Assembly (NCBI GenBank): GCA_000934665.2
Contig: JYFJ02000470.1
Span: 62,001-126,000 of the forward strand
DNA: 64,000 nucleotides
Source: Catajapyx aquilonaris
Taxonomy: Eukaryota
Direction of reading: 5' to 3'
Positions within the stretch are counted from its first letter, which is position 1, and each line of letters begins with the position of its first letter. Of the stretch, positions 52,402-64,000 are shown in pieces. The notes below the pieces were generated by a model. The model saw nothing but the letters and a program-made list of their open reading frames with translations. It searched no databases and had not been told where the DNA came from. The position numbers were made by a program, and so were the translations under genes.

Positions 52402-53049
52402 AGACTAGTCCATGCACACTGTATAAATAATTCCAAAGTGCTCATGTCTGTATCTCCATAATTATGTGTTTATGTGATTGACTGTTGTATATAGTGTCCT
52501 TGTGCAGTGGTGAAGCACACCTTCTGCCAGGGAAGGCAGAATCAATTGAGAGTGCTTGCTCATTGCTCTGGAGAGCAACGATCTCGATATCACCTGTGCA
52601 TCCACATTGCTTTGCTTATCGGCTATCATTGGAACATATCTTACTTTTGAGCAGCTCCTTCATTGTAATCTTATAACAATGTATCTATGCAGAATCAGGT
52701 CCACAGACCAGTCTTCTTATAAGCATACAGTGCCATAGAGAGCGGCTCGGCTGTAAGAAGTTGCATGAGTATACCGGGACAATACTTCTCCCACTTATTC
52801 CTACAACCCAATAAGCTCTTCCCAATCTTCCCTCATGTAACTACTTATTCAACAGCTCTCTATTTTTTCAAGGATCAGTTTGTAGTGTCCCCTCATGTAA
52901 TCCTGCCTTACCTTGGAAGAAGGTCCACTCCCCCACTATGCCCTTGTAATGCCTCATGTATAGTACGGGATTTATTTTGCACTGTGATAAAAGCATTATT
53001 GTTGATACATGACCGCTGGACTTTTCATTTTAAAAGGAATAACCCATAA

Positions 53050-53282
53050 TAATTGAATTTACAGTCCCAACGCCTACATCGTAAACCGCAAAACATTAAA
53101 AGAGCATCATTGGAGAGTGTCCCATGGAACATCAATTTTTAATGCTCTTGTGATGTTTCTTTGTTGCTAAAAAGCATCACAAGAGCATTGAAAATTGATG
53201 TTCCATGGGAGAGACTCACCATTGATGCTCTTTTAATGTTTTGCGGATTACAGTGTAAGCGTTGAGACTGTAAATTCAATTA
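53050..53282. mobile_element. Hairpin-type MITE (almost fully palindromic)
   Basis: TAATTGAATTTACAGTC...CCCATGGAACATCAATTTTTAATGCTCTTGTGATG mirrored by CATCACAAGAGCATTGAAAATTGATGTTCCATGGG...GACTGTAAATTCAATTA. Confidence 0.85.
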
Positions 53283-54923
53283 AATCCACCCCCTACCGGC
53301 CAACCAATCAGGATTCAATTTCAAAGGAGATGGACGTGATGTTCTAAAATCTCAAGAATGATATGAGTTTGTTTACACTTATGCAATTGGTAACCCAGCA
53401 GATGGGAAATATTTATTTCCCCTCCAATCATTCTAAATTCCCTACAAAAAAAACTCAGCAGGGGGCAGGGCTAATTATGGTGGCCAAGGACACAAGCCAC
53501 CTCCCAAAACGCATAAGTTATCTTACCCCTACTGTAGTGAACTCGTCTCTAAAACTTGGCAACACTGCCCAGCCCACTTCCCACTAGTAGACATCGTACA
53601 ATATACCACAACCAGAAGGCACGCATACGTCTCTCTGTGTGGTAACTACATGCACCTAGGTGATGAGTCACCGCATGTGGGGACAAAGTCATGCATAGCC
53701 AATTCTATACGGTGGACAACAATAATATTATTCCAATCCCCGCCGTTGACGTCATCGGCTAATCCCCGCCCTTTCTTAATAAGCCCCGCCCCCTCAGTCC
53801 CCCCCCCCCTTTCCGCCCCGTCCCCCACACAATCTGGCAACGTCGCCACTGTTCTACGAGAGAGAGAGAACGTCGTCAGCAGCATACTTGTCGAGCTGTT
53901 TTGCATCGGACGGAACGAATGTCGTCTGGCTGACTAGGACTGGAAGGAGGACCAAGTAGGGATACACGCAGCTGCTGAACTCTGACCCGGCTGGAGGCGT
54001 AAAGAGGTGAGGTTGGGTGCGTGCGTGCGTGTGTGGCAGACGATAACACAACCACCGCCTTGCGTAAATAGGTCGGAACATTCCATGGGCTCAGAAAGGG
54101 AGGAAAAGGACACTGCAGGAAGTGGTGTCACCTGATTTTTATGACGTGTTGCTAATAATTGGCATTGCCGTACTTTGGATTGTCTATTGGTGGCTGCGGA
54201 ACATGGAAGTTGCAGCGGCATATGCCCGTACTGGTCGCTTCATGACACCTGCTAACAGCGTGCGGATGATCAGTCACCTCACATATTGCGTTAAGAAAAT
54301 GTATGTTTTATCGGTGACATTCAGTCAATCTTAACAATGAGCTGTAAAAGTAGGTTCATTGCGTCGTGAACTGGAATGGGGCCTTCTGAGGTGACCAAAT
54401 GCAATTAACCATTAAAAAAAAAACCTTTTCAAGAGGGTGTGGGCCACATTTTTTAAGCTTATTATTCTCGTGATCATACATATCAGTTAAAAAGCATATT
54501 TACTCGTGATTCAGTTGATACACGCAGACAAGATCGTAACAGTGATTATTTTTTTCATTCAGTCAACCAACCGGCACAAGGAATGGGTGTTGCATGGCGT
54601 CTAACAAGTAGTGACATATGGCTCTGAGATTACAGCCAAGGTGAAATAAATAACATTTCACTTGAAAAATTGCACAATTATGTCAGTTTATTGAAATGCA
54701 GAATCAAATGATATGTGAACCATTTTAGTGTTGCTAAATATCCTTGCAGAGAATGCTTATGAATTGACAACCAGTGTTATAATAATTTTATGATTGGTCG
54801 TTATTCTTAGTGCGACAAATGTCCATTTTGTGAAGAGCTAAACCTCACCAAAGAGTTGCATTACACTGACTTGTCATCATTCGAGACTACTGATTAACCC
54901 AACATTTTCCAGGCTGACCAAAA

Positions 54924-56714
54924 ATGGCCTCTGCACCACTAATGTCATTTCCCGGTGATGTGGAGAGCGAGCAGTCACTTGAAGATGACTTCTGCTACAA
55001 GAACAATGTTGCCCAAGCCCACATCTACATACGTATGGGTGAGTAAGTAACAAGCGTCCGTGCATAGGGCAATGTAAATGAAGCTGCTTTTTATGCGTTG
55101 CAGGATTCCTGAGGAAAGTGTATGGGCTATTGTCTGTTCAGCTGGCATTTACTTGCATCATTGCAGCTGTTGGATTGTTCATACCAGAGGTTCGCCTGTT
55201 TGTTCACAACAAGTAAGTTGTAAGCCATTGTAAGCATCTCAAATAAAATTGCTGTGCTTAGATTGCTCCTACGTCTCTGGCTGCCTCCTGCTCTCTGAAA
55301 TAGAACGGTCAGTCTAAGGTGTGGGAGGTGATGAACTAAATGATGAGAATTTTCCGGTTCCTAAATTCTTCCATGTGCTGCCCATGATAAACACCTAGGC
55401 CAGTTTTACAACTGGATTCTCCTGGATTGGTTGCATTGTTTTTCATGATATAATCAAGTCTATCTCTTGTGCACCAATGATTTGTAATTTACAAGCAGCT
55501 GTGGATTATGTGGCTATAAATTAATGCTGACACCTTGTTTCAGTGACTGGATGATATCGGTAGCATTTGTGCTATCAATTGTCATCTTGCTTGCCCTCCA
55601 TGTGAAGCGTAGGGAAACTCCTACGAACTTCATTCTTCTAGCAGCTTTTGTGAGTATTAATATTAGCGGCTGTTTGGTCTATCAAGAACTTGGAAACATT
55701 TTTATGCATTGGTTTTATTGACTTTTTCAGACGGTGGTTCAAGCATATTCTGTTGCTGTGATAGCCACTTACTATGACCAGCTCACAGTTCTGCAAGCAT
55801 TCGTCCTCACTTTTGCTGTCACTGCTGGACTCACAGCATACACATTTCAGACCAAACGGGACTTCAGCACCATGGGCGCCTCGTACGTATACATTTAAGT
55901 CCGAGACATGCTTATAAGTCCCTATGTTAAGTTGTTGTTTGTGATTTTAACGATCATGAGAACAGTCGAGGTTGATATTAAAGGTGCGTTTTCATGTGAA
56001 CGATTTGATATGCGAAATCTTCGCAGAGGCTGAGTAACCCAAGTAACCAATATTGTTTGAGGTGAAAATCAATTGTTAATTTCAGCCTCGGGGAAGATGT
56101 TGCTCCGCTTCACTCGTCAAATCGCTCACATGTAAACGCACCTTAAATGTTGAAAAGTTGTACAATAGGTAGCAATCATTCTGTTTAAAATAATGCATTT
56201 AAAGATGTGTAACACGTGCGAACATCACAAGGGGCAACACTAGCTTGAAACATTACCATTCCTGGGCTGAGTGCATTATACCTAAGAATTCCCAGTAGGG
56301 AAATTCAGTATTTTTTAAAGGAATGCAAGAGAAGGATGCGTATGAGTGAGTATGCCTGTAATGAGTCACTGAAATTTATATGGTTTTCAGGTTGTTTGCG
56401 ATGGTGCTCATGCTGCTTGTTGCCGGTGTGCTGCAAGTTTTCATCGCCAGTACTGCACTGGAAATCCTTATTTCACTGGGAGGCGCAGCAGTGTTTTCAT
56501 TGTTCATCATTTTTGATACACAGGTAGGTTGGCATAGGCTGCAACAGGTACTATTACATGATCGGTGCAATTACTCAACATTCTTCCCTTGCAGATGATA
56601 ATGAAGCACATATCTCCTGAGGAGTACATCTTGGCAACCATCAACCTGTACTTGGATATTCTCAATCTGTTCCTCTACATTCTGAGGGCACTGGAAGCAG
56701 TCCGCTCTCACTAA
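54924..56714 (+). CDS. TMBIM4: Protein lifeguard 4 / GAAP (Bax inhibitor-1 family) (exons 54924-55038, 55104-55212, 55544-55649, 55731-55882, 56391-56523, 56595-56714; probable non-coding first exon ending about 54006)
   Basis: [92 protein letters not shown]. Confidence 0.95.
55982..56143. mobile_element. PIF/Harbinger-type MITE in a TMBIM4 intron
   Basis: TAA|AGGTGCGTTTTCATGTGAACGATTTGA ... TCAAATCGCTCACATGTAAACGCACCT|TAA (3-bp TAA TSD). Confidence 0.85.
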
Positions 56715-57355
56715 TACACATGTAACCACCCTATTGCGTTTGCACACTTCACCTATCCTGCTCTAGCCTTCCTCACATGCTTTCATCAGATGACAAAACA
56801 TATATGCACAAATGCCGTGCACCCTGAAAAAAACTATGGCAGAGTACATTATATCCATTTTGCTGACTGCGGCCACACCATTTTCAAGTCACTGTGGCAG
56901 TATGAAGATACTACCTGTTATTAGCGACATGTATAGCATTTATAATACATCGCCAATGAAAATAAATCTGTAAAGTACCACACCCACTTTCTTTATTTGG
57001 ATTTCAATTGGTTTGGTTCATTTGGACCAATTCGGACATTTTTGGAGGAGCTTAAGGTTCTTAACTATAGGTATATAAAAAAAGTTTGTGGATAGTGGGA
57101 ATAAAATAGGGGAGGAAAATATCTGTGAATTTTACTGTGTACTTGGGAGCATGCTTGGGAGGGGGGAAAATCGCCTTTTCCCATTCTCACTCCATTCAAA
57201 TAGATTCAAATGCTGATGATAGTATCGACAAACGATGCGGCTTTGTACTACCAGCATCTTCCACCGGCGCCGATCGTTGAAGCGACGTCTCTCTCTCAAC
57301 AAAACATCGGGCGTCCCTCTCGGTGCATCGGCGTCGTTGCAAGTACTGCGGAAAG

Positions 57356-57945
57356 ATGGTAACGCTCCTTACCCTTACCATGTACTGCATATGCTCACTC
57401 TCTCTTCCTCATTGCAGTTGCCCCTGTCGCTGTTGTGCACCGCTCAAAACCATCCAATGGTACGTACTCTGGAGTAATTATTATGTGGCGTTGTTTCTTA
57501 CTTGTTGCAATTTCCAGCTGGTTGAGCTCAAGAATGGGGAGACGTACAATGGTCATCTGGTGAGTTGCGACACCTGGATGAACATTAACCTGCGGGAGGT
57601 GATATGTACGTCGCGGGATGGAGACAAATTCTGGCGCATGCCTGAGTGCTACATAAGGGGAAGCACTATCAAGTACCTGCGCATACCGGATGAGGTGATC
57701 GACATGGTTAAGGAGGACGTGGCCTCCAAGGGGAGGGGAAGGGGAGACGCGAAGGGGAGGGGAGGCGGACGAGGCAGGGGAGGCGGACGAGGTAGGTACA
57801 TCAGGAAGTACGATTGGTCTTGTAGTGTTCAACATTTCTTTCCCGATAAACAGGGATGTTTGGCAACCGTGGTCGTGGACCTCAGTCAGGCCGTGGAGGT
57901 GGTGGACCAGGACGAGGCGGAGGTATGGGGAAGCCGAAGAAGTAA
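57356..57945 (+). CDS. LSM4: U6 snRNA-associated Sm-like protein LSm4 (exons 57356-57358 [ATG only], 57418-57459, 57518-57791, 57854-57945)
   Basis: [77 protein letters not shown] plus RGG-rich tail. Confidence 0.97.
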
Positions 57946-58890
57946 ATTTGTTACACCGCTCTATTTTGTGTCTGTCCAATTGCTTTCCGTTAAAAACACT
58001 GCAGTTAGTTGCCAGTAACTGTAACACACTTATGCAGAATTTGAGATATTAATTTTTTAAGTGAATATGTATGCAGAGCCTATGAGTGATAGGTAGGCTG
58101 TAAAATTATGCCCCATTTGGAACCAGCAGATTCATTTGATAAAGAATCCTGTACAAAAAGGGAAATAAACATGACAGTATGGTTGCCTGTAATGAAGATA
58201 ACAACTTTAATTTTATGTGTAGCATTATGCAACATTTTTGCACAGGATATGACAGCATCAGAAGTATTTACATGTAATAAATCAGAAGTGATCAGTGATC
58301 ACAGCTGCAGAGGACATACTTAAGTGAATGTATTTACAAGTCATATTGGAAACCTGACATGAGTTGCCCAAGTGGCTGTTTGGTTGATATCAAATAATGT
58401 GATCACTGGTGCATCATTGGTGGAAGACAAAAAAGGTCAGATAATATTTAATCCGAGGAGCAAAAAACAATACAAAGAAACAAAAAAATATGTAAAAGCG
58501 ATTAATATCGTATTATGGTTTTCCAAGAAATAGTGAAGTGTTTGTCTTTTACATACACAGTCAAGTGTACTGTACGTATTTACCATTTAACTAATGAAAC
58601 ACAAAACAAAATACAAGTACACATAGGTAGTTCTCTGACCCTAGAGCATTTGACAAGAAAACATCAGATTCATTACCGATTTAAAAAGTATGTTATATTT
58701 TTCTGTTTTAACAGCAAACTGGTTGCATCAAACATCCTCTTAAAAGTTCTCTTCCGCACCAGCATGTTAGGCTCCATGTTAAGACACCAGAGGAGGATCC
58801 CATGCACAATCATTTTGTTCGTGTGCAAAGGGGAATTCTTAGGATGTGACTGCCACGGACGCGTCCAACTGGTGGCTTGAATTATGGAAA

Positions 58891-59625
58891 TTAGAAAATT
58901 TGAAGGGTGCTGCTTGCAGTTTGGAATTGAGCCAGGGCCTCCGAGCTCCAGTCCAGCTTGCTACACCAGATGAGCTCAAGGTGCTGGAGGTTGTGGCATC
59001 TCCTCACCAGGTCTAGGAGCGCATTGTTGGTGACCTTGTGGGATCTCACCAAGCATAAATGAGTCAGGAGAGGGCAGTTTGCAGCAATAGCTGATACGCA
59101 ACCGTCGTCCAGTAACAAAATATCCAAGGGATGCTTCGAGTAATCGTCATACTGGTTGAACTCTCTCAGGTAGATGCCCCTCAGTGCACTGCACCTGCGT
59201 CATAAACACAAATAATGAACTGGCTGTAAGTGACAGGTTAGCCATTTACTTACTCCTGTGCGATCAGTTCCAGCATATTCTGTGACAGCGAGGTGTCATA
59301 AACATTGAGGTGCTCAAGGTGAGGAAGATTCTCCACTACTACATTCAGCAGCGAATCAGTCTTCTCTCTATACCAGTTCATCAAGGTAAGTGACTCCAGA
59401 TAGGTCATGTTGTCCGTGATCACCTGCACACTGCACTGATTCCTCCAGAGTCAAACACTGGCTGTCCAAGACCATCTTCTTCCTGAGACCCAGCCACTCC
59501 TTGGCCACCTTGCACCAATCTTTGCACACCAGTGTGAGGATCATATGGATGATTTTATCATCCAGACATGAAAACACCTTTGCCTTCATCTCGTCGGGCA
59601 GGCTGGAAAAGGTCTTGATGCTATC
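58891..59625 (-). pseudogene. F-box/LRR-repeat protein, frameshifted in this sequence (exons 59625-59254 and 59194-58891; first exon/start uncertain, about 59750-59900)
   Basis: F-box-like FSSLPDEMKAKVFSCLDDKIIHMILTLVCKDWCKVA; LRRs MTYLESLTL, LPHLEHLNV, CSALRGIYL, CPLLTHLCLVRSHKVTNNALLDLVRRCHNLQHLELIWC. F-box and LRRs are in different frames across a 7-bp duplication at 59424-59436. Confidence 0.75.
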
Positions 59626-60178
59626 CTGCAAATTGTCAAGAAAATGCTTAAGTATGCAAACAAGTAATGCATACACACTGATCATTTTTAAGTACACGTC
59701 TCTGTAGCCCAATTACTGAGATAATTAGCTCATAAGATAGCGACAAACGGTTTTCGGATTCGGATTCAGCTGGCCCTACAGCTCCCATCATCATCCAGTG
59801 CGTATGTGCATTCCTCCTGGTCTTCCCTATACTCCTGTGCGGTCCTGTGGGTCCGGATTGACCTGCGTCCACCAACAATCAAGCCCCAATCGAACTACAG
59901 CTCGCAACAATCACCCGAGACCCGATAAAAGGGAAATAAAAATAAAAATGAAATTATTCGAACCTTCCATTGCGTCTGCCGCCAAAGCGATGCTGGCGCC
60001 ACACGTCGCGTCGGCAGCTGATGCAAAGTACTTCCGGCTTCCTCTAGAGTTGGTTCTGGCCAAGGATTTTGCTTGCGATTGTTGTTCGGCGACATTTCAA
60101 CGAACCGATCGACGTATTTTTTTTGCATCGTTCGGCGTCGTATTTGGAGCCTACGAGCCAGTCACAGGAGGCTGAAGG

Positions 60179-60812
60179 ATGGCGGAAGAAGGAGACCAAG
60201 TAACTATCAGTGTTGAACACGTACTTCACAGGGGAAGGCATGAAATAGCGAAACATTGATGCATCATTCATTGCCTCATTCATGAACAATGTAGAATTAA
60301 CAGAAATAATAACCTGGAACGTATCATTGCTGCAGTAATTGTAAGATGCAGCAAGCCTAACTGTAATGATACATTTGACAAGTCCTCGTTGTGCGGTTAC
60401 CTTCCATTCGCGGCCTATGACTCATGGAATGGTGCGGTACATTATTGCTTGAATTGTTTTCCGCAGGTTCCTGATGTTGCAGTGAAGGAGCCTCTTGACC
60501 TTATCCTGTTGAGTGTTGATGAGCGAATTTATGTCAAGATGAGGAACGAACGTGAACTGCGTGGACGGCTTAACGTAAGGGCTTATTTTTCATTGCAAGG
60601 CCCACCATAACGCTATGTATTGTCATCCTAAGGCGTTCGACCAGCATCTCAACATGGTTTTGGGCGACGTGGAAGAAACAGTGACCACTGTAGAAATAGA
60701 TGAAGAAACCTATGAGGAAGTGTACAAGACCACCAAAAGGACCATTCCCATGCTGTTTGTGAGGGGTGATGGGGTCATCCTGGTTTCGCCACCTATGAGG
60801 GGAAGCATCTAA
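60179..60812 (+). CDS. LSM3: U6 snRNA-associated Sm-like protein LSm3 (exons 60179-60199, 60467-60574, 60633-60812)
   Basis: [60 protein letters not shown]...[16 protein letters not shown]. Confidence 0.97.
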
Positions 60813-61171
60813 CTTGTTGTTTTCCCATTTCCTCCCCCCTTTTTGCATAAAAAATTCAGTGGTAGATACAATGGGATGATTTATTTGACGTATGAAACTT
60901 TACAGCGATTTGTGTGCTACTACTTTTTAGATAATGATACCATGTGTCCCAGGAGACATTTTAATCGACACATTTGCAATGGTTGCCCAGTACAACATAG
61001 TTGGAAAAACACAGTAGAACCACCTTAGAATGTCGGTATGTGCCTGCAGCATGTCACAACGTGCCTCCCCATACTTGAGACAGAAAGAGCCGTTTCATTT
61101 GATGCAGCACCATAACTTCAAAAAATGATGATGGTACAGTATTGAAGCAAGTTTGTAAGATGGTGTGTACA

Positions 61172-62801
61172 TTAATTTTCCTCATCCTCCTCATTTGGCA
61201 TGGCCTGATACTCGACTGAACGTGATGGGGCAGTGGGAAAGAATTGCTGGCATTTTGTCATCAGGCGCTTTAGTGCCTGTATGTACTTCCGCTGAGTCTC
61301 ATCGTTCATGACATGTGCCACGTTCTTTGAAAAGATTTTCTCCCGCCCTGTCCTAGCATGGATTCCGACCATGGTTACCCCTATGGGCCATGGAGCATTG
61401 CCAATGGCCATCTGAAGATAGGCGTCATTGGCCTTGATGTAGTCCCGATCCAACAAAAACTTGAGTATCTCCGTCAAGCTGTCAAGGATGTCATCTGGTA
61501 AGGTACGTGTTTTAAGCTTCCTTAGGAGTGGTCTCAAGTAGACCTGGGTCTGATTGTAAGTAGCAGATGCCAGCTTTCCCCGAACACTGATCTTCACCGC
61601 CTCAGTTCGGCTGTTCAAGTATTGGCCCCACGACTTCAGAAGAAACTTCAGGAATTCCATTATGACCTTTGAGTCTAGTTCTGAATTCCCATGTGCCAGA
61701 TCGACTGCCAGGGCCTGTATCTCCTCATATGTGAGGCCATCATCCTGGACCTTAACGTCGTTTGAAGGCTTGCTATTACCATCCTTGTCCTGAGAAGTTA
61801 AGATCTCATCCAAGTACGCCTGGTCAACCTTGTCCATAGCTTCCTGGAAGTCATTACGTAAACCCTGAAAAGGTAGAAAAATTATAAGTAAGCATGTCTA
61901 TGTCCATTATTCAGTCATCTTGAATAACAAAATATTAGCTTAGGACACATTGTCATTGTGAATGGATCGTGAATGGAAGAGGTGTAGGGTGTAATAATTT
62001 GGCACAATAATAACAATTAGTTTTGTCCTGCATACGAGTCCTAAAGAAGCCAGAAACTACAGTTGACTCTGGATGTAACACCCCCGGTAAACTTCCATAA
62101 GGCTATGTGTATTTTTATTCCTGATGTAACACTCATTTTCACCTCACTTTGTCTATAAAAGTCACAATTTCGATATAATGAGAACAAACCTTGTTCACTT
62201 CAGGTTCAAGAATTTCGAGCCGCCGCAACCTTTTGAATGCATCCAATTCGCTTTCACCATACAAAAAAATTGGTTCGCCTCGCTCCCGTAGTCTCCGGGT
62301 GACTTCTTTGCGGGTGAGGGCTGGATATTCTGCTGCATTGATATCCTCAACTTGTTCTGCAAAATAATAATCCATATTTAGATACGGGAGGAAAATTATC
62401 CTGATGTAAGGAAGTCCACAATGTCGCTGTCGCACAAAACAAAATGTGGACATTTCTTCCTTTTTAATTGGAGTTGGCTGCATTACCTGAGTTGGACTTG
62501 TGGTTGGAATGTGCCGTGTACTCTTCCAATTTGTTCCCATATTTCTTGCGATACTCTTCCTCTTGCAGCGCTGCAAGGTCGGCCACCTTGAAGTACTTCT
62601 TCCCTGGTTGCTGCATTGTAAGAAGAATTGATTAAAGACACTGCGCCATAAATATACAATATGAATTTTATAAAGTGCTGCAACGACGAACGTTTCATAA
62701 CCTGCCTAGCATACATAAATAGTATATTTTCTGCTCACCAGCACTTTGCTCTCCTCCAGCTGCCGCTTTTTGCGCTCGATCTCTTTCTTCAAGAAGTCCA
62801 T
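61172..62801 (-). CDS. PRPF18: Pre-mRNA-splicing factor 18 (exons 62801-62739, 62610-62487, 62356-62190, 61864-61172)
   Basis: [22 protein letters not shown]4 motif [45 protein letters not shown], Prp18 domain [33 protein letters not shown]...[16 protein letters not shown]. Confidence 0.97.
62060..62135. mobile_element. Single Tigger/pogo-like MITE end in a Prp18 intron
   Basis: TA|CAGTTGACTCTGGATGTAACAC with a second GATGTAACAC; no matching right TIR found. Confidence 0.4.
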
Positions 62802-63540
62802 CGCCTCGTGCTCTTGTCACCAACCAGCAGGAGTTAGAACTAATTGTTCAAGTGTCTGGGAAAGCAACGCAAAACTTCGGAAAATTTACATGACGACAAC
62901 CGCCATCTTGAGAAACTACAGTCAGAGACGGAGTATGTTGCTGGTGTTGATGTTTAAATAAAATAATTTATCATAAATGATACACAGTTGTCTGATATAA
63001 TTTGTGGTTTAGCTAAATGTAATATTTATATTGACATTAAGTGTCGTGGTTTGCGGATCTTAATCAAATATGGCGTCATAAAGTGATGCAGGATTTCCCG
63101 CCATTTTCGATTTTTCTGCCATGCTTTACTGCATCCTTGGCGGCTGGAGTACGTGTGAACGGTGAAGAAACGTGTTCGCAAATTGGCGTGCAAAACGGGT
63201 CAAACACAGGTGATTTACTCTTCCTTGCATGGCCTAAACATGTGTAAGTGTTGTACTGATCCAGAGACACAATGTCGGGATCATGGCATACTAATATGGT
63301 GCAGCAATGTGTGAAGGGATCATTATATTTACACCTATTTACACTCACCAAGAGCTGGACCTGGCCCACTATTTGGTTGCAAATGCAGGAGGCACTTACT
63401 GACTGATTGTGGTCATATTGATTTATTAGTTCTTGCAATTAGTTTCTTTAAAAAGTAGCCCTAAGTTGTAATATTAAGGGAAAGAGCAAGGCAAACATGT
63501 TATAATAATTTTTCTTTCTTTTGCAGAGCTCCATTCCAGT

Positions 63541-63633
63541 ATGGTTGTGTATGATGTTGATAAATTCAGGAAACTGGAAGCGTCTTTAGCAGTGCACACG
63601 AAAGCACTTGGTTTGGAATTACATCCATTTAAG
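63541..63633 (+). CDS. MMACHC: Probable first coding exon of cyanocobalamin reductase / alkylcobalamin dealkylase (cblC); remainder beyond window
   Basis: Strong acceptor at 63526, MVVYDVDKFRKLEASLAVHTKALGLELHPFK, then a phase-0 donor. Resembles recalled human exon 1 (...LCPFGFEVYPFQ|), including intron position. Only 31 aa are visible. Confidence 0.55.
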
Positions 63634-63972
63634 GTACTACATATAAGCAAGAGCTATATAAGTAGAGTCAATTTTATTGCGTTGTCCATGTGTTAGCAAA
63701 TCGTCGTTAATATGACAAAATGATGAATTCGACATTTTTGATAAAATCGGATTATGGCCTTTATTGCCAGCACCATCAAGTGTTGGGTCTCATTCTGACA
63801 AAATGGGGAACATGTGGGACAAGTGGCGTCAGAGTTATAACAGAAAATTAAAAGGCCGTCCTGTGTATTTGTATAGCGATTTGCAGGTTTCTTTTGGCTC
63901 TCCTGTAAAATTGGGAAAATGTTGAATTCGTCCTTTTGTCAGATTAACGACGAAATATAACACAATTATGTA

Positions 63973-64000
63973 CAGGTAGTCCCTGGTTTACGAACGACCT
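63973..64000. mobile_element. Start of a Tigger/pogo-like element truncated by the window edge
   Basis: TA|CAGGTAGTCCCTGGTTTACGAACGAC resembles Tigger-type TIRs; the other end is not visible. Confidence 0.45.

Noticed and set aside
63265..63400. Selenoprotein reading frame (WCSNV-TGA-RDH)
   Set aside because: Spacing is not CxxU, there is no family similarity, and no SECIS is visible.
1..64000. CRISPR array or prokaryotic operon/defence system
   Set aside because: The sequence is eukaryotic with spliceosomal introns; the repeats present are microsatellites, TIR elements and one two-unit duplication with no spacers.

Overview
Eukaryotic, intron-containing genomic DNA, most consistent with a non-dipteran insect or other arthropod (inferred from protein similarity, SINE/MITE types and short GT-AG introns; the species cannot be determined here). 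It is a gene-dense housekeeping region with 14 hand-spliced gene models: 5'-truncated RBM5/10, TIKI/TRABD2 metalloprotease, ceramide glucosyltransferase (UGCG/GlcT), delta-type GST, capping protein alpha, MON2, PSME3/REG, BORCS6, TMBIM4, LSm4, a frameshifted F-box/LRR gene, LSm3, Prp18 and the first coding exon of a probable MMACHC (cblC). Most ORFs in the supplied track are exon fragments or spurious. Highlights: (1) two homologous 33-codon alternative first exons encoding different N-terminal membrane anchors of glucosylceramide synthase, 9 kb apart; (2) a U12-type intron in BORCS6; (3) a three-level nested transposon (hAT-type element > palindromic mariner derivative > tRNA-SINE) with all target-site duplications intact; (4) an LSm4/LSm3/Prp18 cluster with unusual substitutions flanking an F-box gene broken by a 7-bp duplication; (5) a weak ML/GM2AP-like antisense exon inside the UGCG intron. 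No CRISPR array, rRNA or intact tRNA was seen. Family assignments are from recalled motifs; no database search was run.
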